Shown here piece by piece: positions 1-12,700 of a stretch of 64,000 nt of DNA. The number at the start of each line of letters is the position of its first letter. Position 1 is the first letter of the stretch. This DNA is from Phoronis australis (Eukaryota > Animalia > Phoronida). The notes under the pieces are model-generated. The model was not told the origin of the DNA. It saw only the letters and a program-made list of their open reading frames with translations, and searched no databases. The stretch lies in assembly GCA_002633005.1 (NCBI GenBank), contig NMRA01000009.1:2093563-2157562 (forward strand), written 5' to 3'. A program made the position numbers and the translations under genes.

Positions 1-589
1 GCATCAACTTTTGGATTGATGTGACTGGTGTGGCACCCTCTAGTGGCAAGTTGTCATTGGGTCAGCCTTCATATCTACCAAGTTCTGAAAGGATCTTCAT
101 GAAATTTGACCTACAACATGTTCCCAATGAGGAGAGCCCACCTGAACATGTTGATTTTCAAATAGATCTGTCAATCTTGGACATTTTTGGAAAAATGTGT
201 ACCCGTTATATGTTTAGCACAAGTTTGCAATGCACGTGGTGGGTGTATATTAGTGCTCTCTGGTGTTCTTGTTCTTGTTCATATATAATTTCAGATGCGT
301 AATGGTGTAAGTAATTTTTAGTGTATTGAATTGTCTTTGAAGAGAATTTTTATATTCTTTTCCACGCGTACCATAACTTTTTGATGTGTTTCAACCAAGC
401 TGTCTGCCTTTTACTGTACTTAAGCTCTGATTCTTGCTGCGCACACAGAGTCACGTCATCGGTCACGTGATGTGTGTTTAAAATTTCGCCTGTGATGGAA
501 AAGGAATTTATGAGATTCCAAAACTCGGGACTTCATATGAAATTATGTGAAGTCAGGGATTAATTTGCATATTGCTACGTCGTTTTCAG

Positions 590-3500
590 GACAAGAAGAG
601 GCAACCATTGATAACGACGATGGTATTAAGATCACACCGTTTAACATGCGGGATGAGTTGGAGGAAGGTCATTTTGATAATCAGGGCATGTACATATTTG
701 ACAGGAAGAAGGTGAGTCTGTCCATTGATTAGTTACTATGGTGATAAGATGTGTGTACTCTACTTTATGCATTACACTGCCACGTGGCACTAATTAGGTC
801 AAGTCAAAATCATGATCTTCAATGTAGAACTCACCGTATTAACCAAAAAAAAATGTAAAGGATTCCACTCCAAACATGAACCATTGATGGTGCTGCATAG
901 GAGTTTTGACAGTTACAAAGACATACCATGAATCAGCTTGTAATTTTGTACCATTTAATTTGCAGGCACTGACAAAAGCACAACATTTTGATAGCATATA
1001 CAGTAAAACTTGCATTAGTTAGACTAAGCTGGAGGTAGAGATTTTATCCGACTTATCTAAGTTGTTGATTGCATGAACAAGAACAGCTGTTGTCTGAGTT
1101 GAGCAAAAATCTGACTTATGCATTTTGTTCTGCATCCTCCTTGTCTGTGAAGCATAAAAAGGAGTTGTATCTTATGTTAGACCAATCGATCTCGTGTGTT
1201 GGGTGTGTCGACCTGTTGTCACATTTTCACAGCTTGCATTTTGAACATTTAGTGACTCAAAAATCCATCCAGGAAAATTCACAATCAGTTCAAAGCCAGA
1301 AGTAATGTCTTACAAACGAGGTTGGTATTGAGGAGATTCCTTTTGCCGTTTTAAAACTTATGGCCTCTTGTGTACTAAATATAATTTACTTGTTGATTGA
1401 AGGAAATCCAAGACAACTGGATGGACAACCTTGACTGGGTGAAAATAAAACAGAATGTTCCGCAGCAGTATCAGGAGCCGGACAGTAGCGACAGTGAAGA
1501 TGAAGGCTTACAACCCCAGGAGAAAATCAGCATGTATCGCCAAATGATCGAAATAATGAAACCCGGGGAAACAGTCAACAAGGCTCTGAGACGTCTTGGC
1601 GGTAAAAAGAGCAATGCCTCGGCTAGTCAACGATGGAAGAAAAAGAAGCCCAGTGATAAGACAGAGGCTGAAGGGGACCCAAAAGACAAAGAGAACATGT
1701 TGAAACTGACTGGGTTCGCTGACCAGCTGCTTGGCTCTGGCAACCTAGAAGTGTACCAGGACACATTTGAAAAGTTGAGTTTTCTTGTGAAACAGGAGGA
1801 TGATAAGAAATTAAAAATTCCGGACAATGTGGATGATGACGATGCACTGGACATGTTTGCCGATGATCTCGATGAGAAATCTGGAGGTTCAGTTAAAGCA
1901 CAGTCCAGCCACCAGGAGTCAGGTTAGTTGTGCCATTTGTGTTGTTGTGTGTTTGATACTCAATTGCACAACCTAATGCATTAGGAATTGACGAGTTTCA
2001 CTTTGTCATAGATTGTGAACGTTCACCTCCCTTAACTTGTTGCCCTCGGGACCATGTTGATGATTGATGCACAAGTATGGGCATGTCATGGGCACCGAAG
2101 GGATTGTGGTGACTTATGCAGACTGAAAAGTTATAGGATGACAAGTTCAGCGAGGTCACACATATGGTTTTTGGAAGTACATTCCGTCTGACTGTCTGGA
2201 AATGAGTTTCTAATTCTTAGTAGACCAGTAGCAGACTGTGCTGTCGACTGCAGTACTGACTTTGATGCAAATTCTTGCTGGTGACCCTTGCCATTTGCAG
2301 ATTCGATTTTATAAGGGTGGACTGTCATTGTTAGTACAACATCTTGTCCACATGACTCTCGTTTTCAATTAATATATTTATCCACACAACTCGGTTTTCA
2401 TATGGTTTTCTGTCAAAACGAATATACTTAATGTGACCGAACACGCAATTTTTCTGAGCATTTTTCAAAAAGTTCTCAGTCCACACAGTTCCGTTTTCAT
2501 ATAATTTTAGAATGTTTATCACCCATACAAATATGCCATAATATGATGAATGTGACCTCAGAGTTTTTACACAGTTCCCTATACAGATGAATGTGGTGAA
2601 TATTGGGTTTGAAGAAATCTACTCTGGAGATGGTTTTTGAATTACAATCTTGGTTGTCGATTGTAGGAATGCATGATTGTAATCTGAATAGGTCGACTGC
2701 TTGTGCTCTTCCGAATAATTGGTTCTTGGTATTTGCTATACACACCAAAAATAATCAGAAGAGATGACACGGAATCCAGTGGTGTGATGACGGGGTGAAG
2801 GACGACAACAGAGTGCACCATCAGAATTAGCTGGAATAATGAGTCACGTCAGGTCATCACAAATTTGTCATGACGAAAAATTTAATTTTGTCTGCTTACT
2901 TCAGGATCGTCCATTGTATTTAGTGAAGAAATAATTTATTATACAAGTACAGACCAGTTTCGAGGTTGATGTTGGATCATGGGAGTTACCTGAAAGAGAG
3001 CTAGGGCAACGCTGCTTTCCTGATATCCATATGACCTCATATGCACAAAGAATCAATCTATGGTTATTTGTTTTATTATACAATCACTAGTGCTCATTTC
3101 CTGCGATTTTTCATCTCTTGAATAAAATTTTATCTGCTTTGCTGTACTACTATCATTGTCTGCTCACTGTGTTTATAATCGGGGTTTATGGTCTCTACAG
3201 GGTGTAGTTGGTCAGATCATGAAAAGCGACATCTGACGTCTGGCCAACATTACTTAATATTCCATGGTGGTTCTGCATTTCAGCCCATTGTAAGACGAGT
3301 GGTCTTGTGGTATTAGCTCAATGACCATCTGCGATATATTCCTGCTTTAAGTCATTTTCAAAAGAACTGGCAGAAATGAAGATCATTGTTTTTGAAGCTT
3401 AATCTGTTCTAGCATACACTAGTTGTAGAGAAATAATACTTTCAATACGTTTGCCATGAATGCATTTCTTATCATTTCTTATCCATGTGAATGAATCAAA

Positions 3501-4477
3501 GTTAGATGTGCAGAAAAAGTCACCGTCGCAGTTATTCCATACTGTCAGAAGTGTTCTCTGTCACTTGTCTTAGTCATCACTAGCGGTCTCTTTTATCAGA
3601 AACGTTAATAAGATCAGAGAATGTGAGCTTTTTTAGGGTTGTGTGCAGTTATCTCTGTACAGACCTGTGGTTAAGCTGAGGCAATCTGTTCACAGCCAGT
3701 CTTTTATTAGAGCTGTGTCAGCTGAGCGTTTGCACTTAGTATCATCCCCTGGACATATTAATGCAGGACCTCTAAGAAGTTGAAACATTGTTACAATAAT
3801 TTATGAAATACAAGGATGTTGGCTTCACTTGGCGTGGAATATCACTTTTCATTCATGTCATTCGGACGTCAGATGTTGCTAATCGTCATCTGACAAACTG
3901 GATGCTTTCAGACAACTTCAGTTCATTAAGAACAAGGTAATCTTATAAGAGATGAAAAATCAGAGGAAGGAGGCATGAGGGTACATTGACCTATCCCTCG
4001 GGATTATCGGGACAAATAGACCTAATGTCACTCTTGTGATGGATCTATTTTTGTTTGTTCTGTGATATTGAGGACATTCTCTTGCCTTTTAATTCTATAA
4101 CATCAAGTGACGATCATCACCCTGATCAGGGTTATATGGGAGGATCATTCTGTAATAGATTGAATTTGCAATGGATTAGTGGACTGTGTAAGGATGCATT
4201 AGTGGACTGTGTAAGGAGTCGTTAGTGGACTGTGTAAGGATGCATTAGTTTTTATCTGCCTGTTCTTGTAGATTCTCATCTGGATAGCTCTGAGGTGATG
4301 TGGGTATATAAACTGGAGGAAACAGAGGATGCTGAACTTCACGGGCCATACAGTAGCGCAGAGATGCTGAAGTGGGTGGAAGAAAACAAATTTGACAAGC
4401 CCGTGTTTTGTAGGAAGGCAGACAGCGATGGGCAGTTTTATAACTCCAACAGAGTAGACTTTGACTTGTATGTGTAG
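590..4477 (+). CDS. CD2BP2: CD2 antigen cytoplasmic tail-binding protein 2 (U5-52K / LIN1 family), 3' three coding exons; the 5' end was not found in the window
   Basis: Exons 590-711, 1403-1922 and 4272-4477 have GT-AG boundaries and consistent phases (1/0/1). Translation gives [82 protein letters not shown] and a C-terminal GYF-type domain ([34 protein letters not shown]), all typical of CD2BP2. Confidence 0.95.
4176..4247. repeat. Short tandem repeat, about 23 bp x3, just upstream of the last CD2BP2 exon
   Basis: ttagtggactgtgtaagga(tgca/gtcg) occurs three times. Confidence 0.85.
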
Positions 4478-4494
4478 AGCTGTGGAAAATGAGA

Positions 4495-4788
4495 TTTTGT
4501 AGATCATGGACAATGTGAATCCAAGAGATCACTGTTGTGGCCTTTTGTAGATCATGGACAAGGTGAATCCAAGAGGTCACTGTTGTGGCCTTTTGTAGAT
4601 CATGGACAATGTGAATCCAAGAGATCACTGTTGTGGCCTTTTGTAGATCATGGACAAGGTGAATCCAAGAGATCACTGTTGTGGCCTTTTGTAGATCATG
4701 GACAAGGTGAATCCAAGAGATCACTGTTGTGGCCTTTTGTAGATCATGGACAAGGTGAATCCAAGAGATCACTGTTGTGGCCTTTTGT
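4495..4788 (+). repeat. 48-bp minisatellite x6 in the CD2BP2 3' UTR
   Basis: Unit ttttgtagatcatggacaa(t/g)gtgaatccaagagatcactgttgtggcc is repeated 6 times nearly perfectly, starting 17 nt after the stop codon. Confidence 0.97.
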
Positions 4789-5321
4789 GTACAAAGGAAA
4801 GACCTTCACGTTAAGAAAGTTACATTCATGTACATACCAAAGCATAACTAGGGGCATGCTCCACATCACTTGTGCAACTTCTGGGACGAAAAATCTTTAA
4901 CAACAGAGATAGTGCGTTTTGGTAACTTTCTCCCATAATCTTGTTAACTTGTCATGATTCAGTGGGGGTCATTAGTAATGTTTACGTCATAAGCGTTCTT
5001 GCGAAACAGTAACCTTTTATTGGCATGATCTTGCACAATCTCACCTTACAGAACTCACCCCAGGCCCATCTATATAACCTGTTGTTCCATCACTCCTCAA
5101 GTCTACTTCGCGAGGTATGAAATAATGCACTCGTTTTCAATACGGATGTTGCAGAAGATTTCCGGTCATTTTGAGAAATGCAAGATTGTATTTTTTATGG
5201 AAGGTAAATGCATTTCTTGGGATATGCACTTTTGTGCACTCATATCCTTGTAGGCAAACATTTTGTAATGTGTGTTTGTTTAACAAATTGTGTAGGTTGC
5301 AGACAAAACAATGTCCTTTTT

Positions 5322-5366
5322 AATAAATAAAAGTTTATTGTACATGTTGACATGTATAAAAATAAA
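5322..5366. terminator. Cluster of polyadenylation signals on both strands between convergent CD2BP2 and the tectonic gene
   Basis: AATAAA on + at 5322, 5326 and 5361; TTTATT (AATAAA on -) at 5334-5339. Confidence 0.5.
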
Positions 5367-5800
5367 TTATGTAGAGAATACATCTTTTACAAATTTAAAT
5401 ATTTTGTAAACCATTAAATTTGTAACACAAGCTACCTTGGTTGACTCATCTTTTCTGGCACCATGCTACAAGCCATGACTGCAATAGTATAAGTTACCCA
5501 TAATCGTTTTAATCAGTGGGAACCATTTGCAAATACTAAGCTCACAGCTGAATTTCATCATGATAGTGAATGTACACAGCTCAAATGATGTAGCTGTATC
5601 ACTGTATAACATTGAGGAGACAACAATACACTGTTTGATGTTTTACAGTTCACATCTTGGATTATCAGTTGAACATGAAATGATGGCTTACAGGGTGTGC
5701 AAAAGAACGACTTTCATTGTTGAAATGAATAGACAGCAAATAGAAATGCCGTTCATCCTTAATAAATCACTCCAAAGGATTCCCAATGGATTACTATTAA

Positions 5801-6053
5801 AGCGGCGTTAAATCCATCCTTTCTATCAAAAAAAAAAGTTTTGATTTAGGCCACTAACCATTTTAAAATTGGCCTCGTCTTTACTTGCTCAGTTCAGAAG
5901 TGATTTCTGGGCCCAGAAGAGCCGACGGTTCTTCCAAAGCTATGAAATCACTGACCCCCAATTTGACTAAGGAACAATTATAAGACCCAATTTCAGAAAT
6001 GTAAGGGGTCTGAATCAAAAATTTTCACGATGGAATGTGGGTTTGTAGCCACT
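5801..6053. mobile_element. Non-autonomous DNA transposon flanked by TTAA (Kolobok-like MITE)
   Basis: TTAA|AGCGGC ... GCCACT|TTAA termini. Its left end (agcggcgttaaatccatcc) matches the reverse complement of the right end of the element at 34636-34942. Related fragments (ttttgatttaggcca..aaaattgg) lie near 25700 and 41110. Confidence 0.55.
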
Positions 6054-6711
6054 TTAAAGAACAAAGCATTCTTCATGTCATCTTTAGTAAAAATACAGAT
6101 CCGTCTTTGAGACATTTTTTGGTGTTAATTACAGTTCTGTTGTCATGTATTTATCATCAATGAAACGATGGAAAGTGACGTTAACAGTCCAGCAAAAAGC
6201 TCATCTTGGTTCTGCCTTCACTTCCAGGATTCAAACCAAATGACCAACACAGACTGTGATCAATAGAAGTAAGGACATGGAGTTAGCTCTATGGAAGGGA
6301 ATGCAGGGCCAAGTGTGGTTTTTTCCCGGACTGTTCACGCACTTTCTGTTGTTTCTTAAACAGTAAATCCACATCACAGAAACAAATGTTTCTCTAAGAC
6401 AACCAATGATATGCATGCTTACTATACATACCAAGGATCTGAATGTTTGCAAAACATACCAAGGATGTGCATGTTTACTATTAAACCTAACAAGTAGTGC
6501 GTTTGTCAAAACTAACAGAATCATCTCAACTTGTGATTTACCACAGAGTTAAAATATATAAATACATCTGCATACTATTTTCTAGCAAACAATGATTCTC
6601 CATGTTGATGTACACAATCCTCTCCATATTTACACTTTTTACAATTTTTTGACAATGACACAAGGTCTCTTATCAGCATCTTGTTTAGGCCCGATCAGAA
6701 TGACCAATTAA

Positions 6712-9700
6712 TTACAGGGGTAGATTTTCTGTCCACGGCCTGGTGATCAGATACAGTGCAAATATGGCTATACTGCATCCCAGTAAGAAGCCCAAGTGTT
6801 GGCTCTTCTGTGTGAGAGTCACAGAATATTCGGACGTCCATGGGTAAAACAGCATCAGCCAGCAGATTTCCAGTTTACAGCGATCTGGATGACTATCTGC
6901 GTAATACCTGCAACAGATGATTGATTAGTGTGCAGTAACATCACGTGGAGTCCACCGTAGTCTAGATTAAGGTTTAAAACATAAACCTGCTGTATTTGCT
7001 CGCACCATACAACATTACTGATTCATATGAATCTGTAAATATTTTTGTTTTTATATATCTGTAATAGCATGTCTAAGTATTGGAATACTTATTTTAGATA
7101 CTACTTAATTGTATATACCTCTATGTATATAAGTTTCATTTATGAATTGTTTACAACCCAGATATAATGCTTCGCGGTTTCTGGGTTTGTTATTATTTCT
7201 TTGTATGTTCTGTGTATCCTTCAATAAATATATATCACAGTGAAAAAACCATACAACATTATGTAAGAACCTGTCTTGGAAAAACACCTTGCTGTAATTA
7301 TCTAAACAGTTTAGTCAAACATTGGTCACAGTTTAATGCCACATTACTGTGCCTAGCTGATAATGTAATGAAACTGCGCAGTAAGTCATCAACGTGGATG
7401 GAGCAACTCAAGCAAGACTTAGACAGAAACAAATACCAGTTGAAAATATATGGATATTTAGTCACAGTACTGTGTACCAAAACTTTGTCGAATTTCGACA
7501 CTTTCCAATTTGTTTTAAAAACTACTGGATGCGACAAACATCCAAACCAAGTCACATGCACAGATGGTCAGACATGGATTTTTGGATGTTATTCATCATC
7601 CTTTCACAGGGCCAAACTGCTATGACATGAGGTAGGTAAAAGGATACGCAGTCTCATCACATCTGGCATGCTCATACCTTATAGTACTTTTTACTACAAT
7701 TCGTCAACAGGAGGCGATAGTTGTACTGACATTGGAGACTGATCGTATTTATCTAATGAATGAGTCGTTCTCTCATGTCCTGATATAACATGTGCCATTT
7801 CACTTTCTTGTTTTAGTTTAATTTGCAAACTAGCATTAATTGTGTTGTTTTGACCTGCAGGTATAGGTAGTCTCTCGACCTTTTACTAGCAGGAAATAAA
7901 AAGTATGGCCAATGTGCACATTTATGTTTCATACAGTTGCCAAAATCATATCATCCATTTGTAACTGAATTCAATAAAAATATAATACATTATGTTACTT
8001 CAGTAGGCAAATGACCAAGAGAACCAAATCCCAATACAGTGTGTGACGGTTAACGAAAATCATTTCGTTTGTCATGAAAGTTACTCGTTTTGTGCATCAT
8101 GATAGTTTTCAAGGTATTTACTAGCAACCCTAACCTTGGTTTAACAATTGTATTGTGTAATTAAGTGAATAATGAAAACAGACTACACTGGACAATTACA
8201 ATCAACCAGAAATCATCAAAAAGTTTCCAGTAGTATAAAATCAGCTATAGCACAAACAATACTTAATAAAGAAATAAACAGTCAAGGAATGTTGTATATG
8301 CAGCACTTACTTGTCTAGCTCAACAGGTGTCTCTAATGGTATTTCAACAAAAGACACGGTGCTCAAAACAGCGAATGAAACAGCATCTGCATCACAGTTG
8401 CCTGTACACGGCATTGCCCAGGTGGCGCTAGGATAGCTGGAAAAACAGCTCTCATTTCAACAGATCATCAACAAATTAAATTGAAATACCCTAGTTTTTG
8501 TATATAATATTAACTATCTGCATTAATCTGGGCATGGCCAGAAAAGACCATCAAAACAGGCAACATTCTCCTTACACTGACAACTACATTGGGTAAAAAG
8601 AATGCCAGCCATATATCTATTTAGAAATGTTACAGTATTAAGTGATGTTAACCTTAAATATAAAAAGGTTATCACCATAACACGTGAAACACTGGTACTG
8701 AGTCATTAGTAATGATGCAAATTCATCCACTTGTGCGCAAAGTCAAGACAGGAACATTCTAAAGATAAAATGATACAAACTACGCAAACGTTCAATGTAA
8801 ATAGCATTCAAGACTGCATCTCTGTTACCCACCTAAGATTTGCCAGCCTCACTTCATAAATAGGCACTCCAAAGCCTACCCCAACTTGTGAGTACCATAT
8901 CTTCAGTTCAAAGCCAGTAGGAATGTTTGTGCACTGACCCTGCACTGACTGGGAACTAATGACAGGGATCCCCTGGGAAGTCACAGCAGGGGCTGCTGTA
9001 CTATTGTTGTTACTGACAGTAGGTGTAGTCTGACTGACAGGTATGGTGGTCACTACATTTGTGTTGGCTGTTGGATCAAGGGAGGGGAAAACTGCCGTCA
9101 AATTTGGCCTGAAAAGCAAACTGAATAGTTATTACTGATACTTCAAGTACAATTTACACTGTGTTTAAGATACAAAGGAATTCAGTTGTTAAAATGTTTA
9201 GTAACATGTCATAACAAATGTTTTAGCATGCATATCTTTCAATTCTGAGCATTTAGACAACAACAGGATAATGTGAACCTTACTCACCAGGTGGTGCTAA
9301 TGAAAGAGGGCATTTCAACACCAGATTTACAAAATTACAGAAAGCAGCTCATCACCACGGGGGCACCACACAATTAATTTCAAATCACCAACAACCTCAG
9401 ACTTAAGAAATAATCAAGAAATAATAATTGTAATTACTTGGAGATTTTAATCCAGTCAGATATGTTGGTGGCATTGGGTTCACCACCTCGTGAGATGAAG
9501 TCTGACTGCATGAGATCCAGCAATGATTGTAGGATTGTTTCCCTGTCAACAAAAGTAAACAAAATATCAGAAGTACTTACATTTGAGGAAAATGTCACAC
9601 ATGTCAGAAATGAATACAACACAGAGAACAGAAGGCTACCTTCCATATGCATGCTTCTCAAAAAACAAGCAACAAGAACCATCAGTTTTCAAGGACATAT

Positions 9701-12700
9701 TAAAACAGAGTTTGACTCAGTGCTGTCCTAAAACAGGAAATAGGTCAGAACTACACTCAAATAGGTCAGGAATACACAAATAGGTCAGAAATACACAAAT
9801 AGGTCAGAAATACCCAAATACAAAGTAGGTCAGAAATACACAAATAAGTCACAAATACACAAATAGGTCAAATACACAAAAAGTGAAGTGTTGCTGGCCA
9901 CTGCATGTAAAATTTTTTATCAAAAAATTTTAATAAGACGACACATGTACATCGCGGGCTTACAACTTAAATCAATATTAAGTTTGGACATGACTGTTTT
10001 ACGCAGTTATGCTCTGTATGGGGTGAAGGTCTTAGATGGCATTCTTGATGGGTTGAACAGTTTCAAACTAATGTGTATTACGAAACTTAGTTTGAAATTT
10101 TTTTGGAGACATCTGTGCCTCGATGAACATGGGTACTTTCGCTTTAAGTACCAAACTTTACAAACTTTTTTCCTATCATTTTGCAAGGAAGGTAAATTCC
10201 CACCTGAGGTAAGTACAGTTGTTAAAGTCAGTTAATCGCAGCCTGATCAGACATCCACTTGAAGTATTCTCGCCAAATGAGATTTTAGTCCTTGTGGCCG
10301 ATCGACACATCCCATTGCCATCTGCAATTATAATAAACGGCAACACTGACCATGTTGGACCACAGAACTAAACAGAGAATTCAATGTAATTAAACTATAG
10401 GCCTTGGAACATTCAATGTGATATAAGAAATCTCTTCCCTATCCAAAACTTGACTGGATTCATAAAGTATAAAGATTAGTCACATAGGTACTGTATTGTG
10501 TGAGGTTAGATACAAAAGCCTAGTTAACTTATTATTGAGACTCAGCGATAAGATTGGGAACACTCAACTCTGTAAGAATCGGATATAACGTGTCTGCATT
10601 TTGAGAACAGCTTTTCTTCTTGATTGAGTAATGAGGACCAAACTAGTTCAATCTCAAAATGTAGGCACGTTATATCTGACTATTGCCTTCAACTACAGCA
10701 GTCACAGTTCACTTGCACAAGTCATTCTTTCACTTCTAATTAACCAATTTTTGTAATTCAAAGCATGAAAAGGCTCATTCAAATATGACAAAATCAGTTT
10801 TTGTAAACTGCCGACTGAACCCAAAATGGCAGTGCATTATTTTTAATATTAGGCAGTGCTATCACTAGCATCCATCTCTGTTCTCTAATCCCCAAATAAA
10901 AGAAGGACCTCATTAAAATCCTGGGGCTAGATTATTGAACAGACTAATGGCTTTTGTCTGTTGGATAAAAATCAGTCATGACAACAGATGGCTTAGCATG
11001 TTTCACAACATCAGATTGAAAGTCAGAAAATCTGTCCACAACTCGAACTCAAACGACAGAAATTAGACATACTGTATGCTCAGGAACTGGCAAAAATCCA
11101 CACAAGAGCAACGCGTAGCGTTCAGGTTGAAATGCGCCCATGAATGCATTGCAAATGGTGTGCTTTTAGGGTTATTTATTTGTATCACAAAAATAGCCAT
11201 TAGATGGCGCAAAAACATACACTCCATCCAAAAACAGGAACATGCCATATTTCAAAAAAATCTGTCAAGGAACTTCAGAGAAAAAAGGAAAACAGTATAA
11301 AATGAAATTGCCACTAGTGGGCACAGTGTCCGTTGGATCCGCCTGAAAGTCGTCGTCTGTTGTTATCATCATATAAATACACTTACTAAGATCCTGCAGT
11401 GGGTTTAGGAGATACAACTATGGGTGCAAAACAAAACTACCACTAGGAGGCGCCACAGTAGTCAGTCACCATCATCAAAGGTCGTCTTCACATTGAGAAC
11501 ATGTATGCCAATTTTCAAATGATTTGGTTGACACAGGGGTGGACGCCAAAAACAAGATTTGAAAACAGCAAAAATGGCCACTAGGTGGCACAAAATACCT
11601 CGATTCCACACAAAAACAGGAAGACAGCGTCATCTCACCAATAGATGCCTATATTTAAAATTTTATGAAAATCTGTTGAGGACCTTTGAAGATACGGAGG
11701 TAAACGTAAAAAAATAAAATTGCCACTAGGTGGCACACCAGTAGTCAGATCCGTCCGAAAGTCACCATAGTCCGTTGCTAACATCATATAAATACACTTA
11801 CTAAATTTCGTAAAGATCCTGCGAACGGTTTAGGAGTTACAGCCATAGGCGCAAAAAAACAAAACTGCCACTAGGAGGCACTACAGTAGTTGAAGTCATC
11901 GAAAAACCATCGTCAGACGTCCACTTCATAGTAAGAACATACATGCCAATTTTCACAATCATCCTTTGAGTTGCTTGGTTGATAGAGCGGTGGACGCACA
12001 AAAACAGACTCGAAAACACTAAAAACAGCCACTAGGTGGTGTAAACTATGTCGAATCCATCCGAAAACGGGAGGATAGCGTCATCTCATTAATAGGTACC
12101 TACATACCAAATTTCATGAAAACCCATTAAGGACTTTTGAAGATACAAAGGTAAGCGTAAAAAACTAAAATTGCCACTAGGGGACACACCGGTAGTCGGA
12201 TCTGTCTGAAATTTTGCTCACGCCATCCCATTCATGAAAGGAACTATGTGCTAAATGTCATGAATGTACACTGTATGTCAAAGGGTTTTGGAGATAGAGT
12301 CAATTCAATCGTTTAATAATTTAGAAAGGCCATAAACAAGGAGACTGATGGATTTAAAAGAACATGGAGAACACTAAAACATCAAGTTAACAGAATGCCA
12401 TGGCTGAACCACAAATAGATTACGGTCTTGATATGGAACAGGACAGAGCATAATATTATGACAAATGAGAAACTGTATTTATCAGCAAATAAAGCAAAAT
12501 GAACCAGTTTGGAATACAGCACTAAAGCTAATATCAACGGAGATGAGCAGTCAAACCACTCTATGTAAAGCATCAGCTGTTGCCTTCGTCCTACCTGACT
12601 TCCACACGTACGGCTGCTTCATTTCACTGGAGTCCACCGTTTCATTATCATTGGACACGGTGGCTCCACCTAGCAATGGTAGACCAAGTTTGTAACCTAA

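Noticed and set aside
998-1345. Degenerate TACAGTAAAAC-type MITE in a CD2BP2 intron, and other faint MITE-like fragments near 2320-2530, 23500-23690, 25800-26030 and 57900-58710
   Set aside because: Termini are too decayed to define boundaries by eye, so they are not reported as features.
4245-4900. ORFs 4245-4772 (-) and 4535-4900 (+) with 16-aa repeats
   Set aside because: They are translations of the 48-bp minisatellite in the CD2BP2 3' UTR.
11190-12200. CRISPR-like look: a conserved ~15-bp motif separated by 100-140 bp variable sequence
   Set aside because: The spacers are homologous to each other (ABC higher-order repeat) and to a second copy at 16.5-17.7 kb. There are no cas genes, the context is a eukaryotic intron, and the ends are transposon-like.
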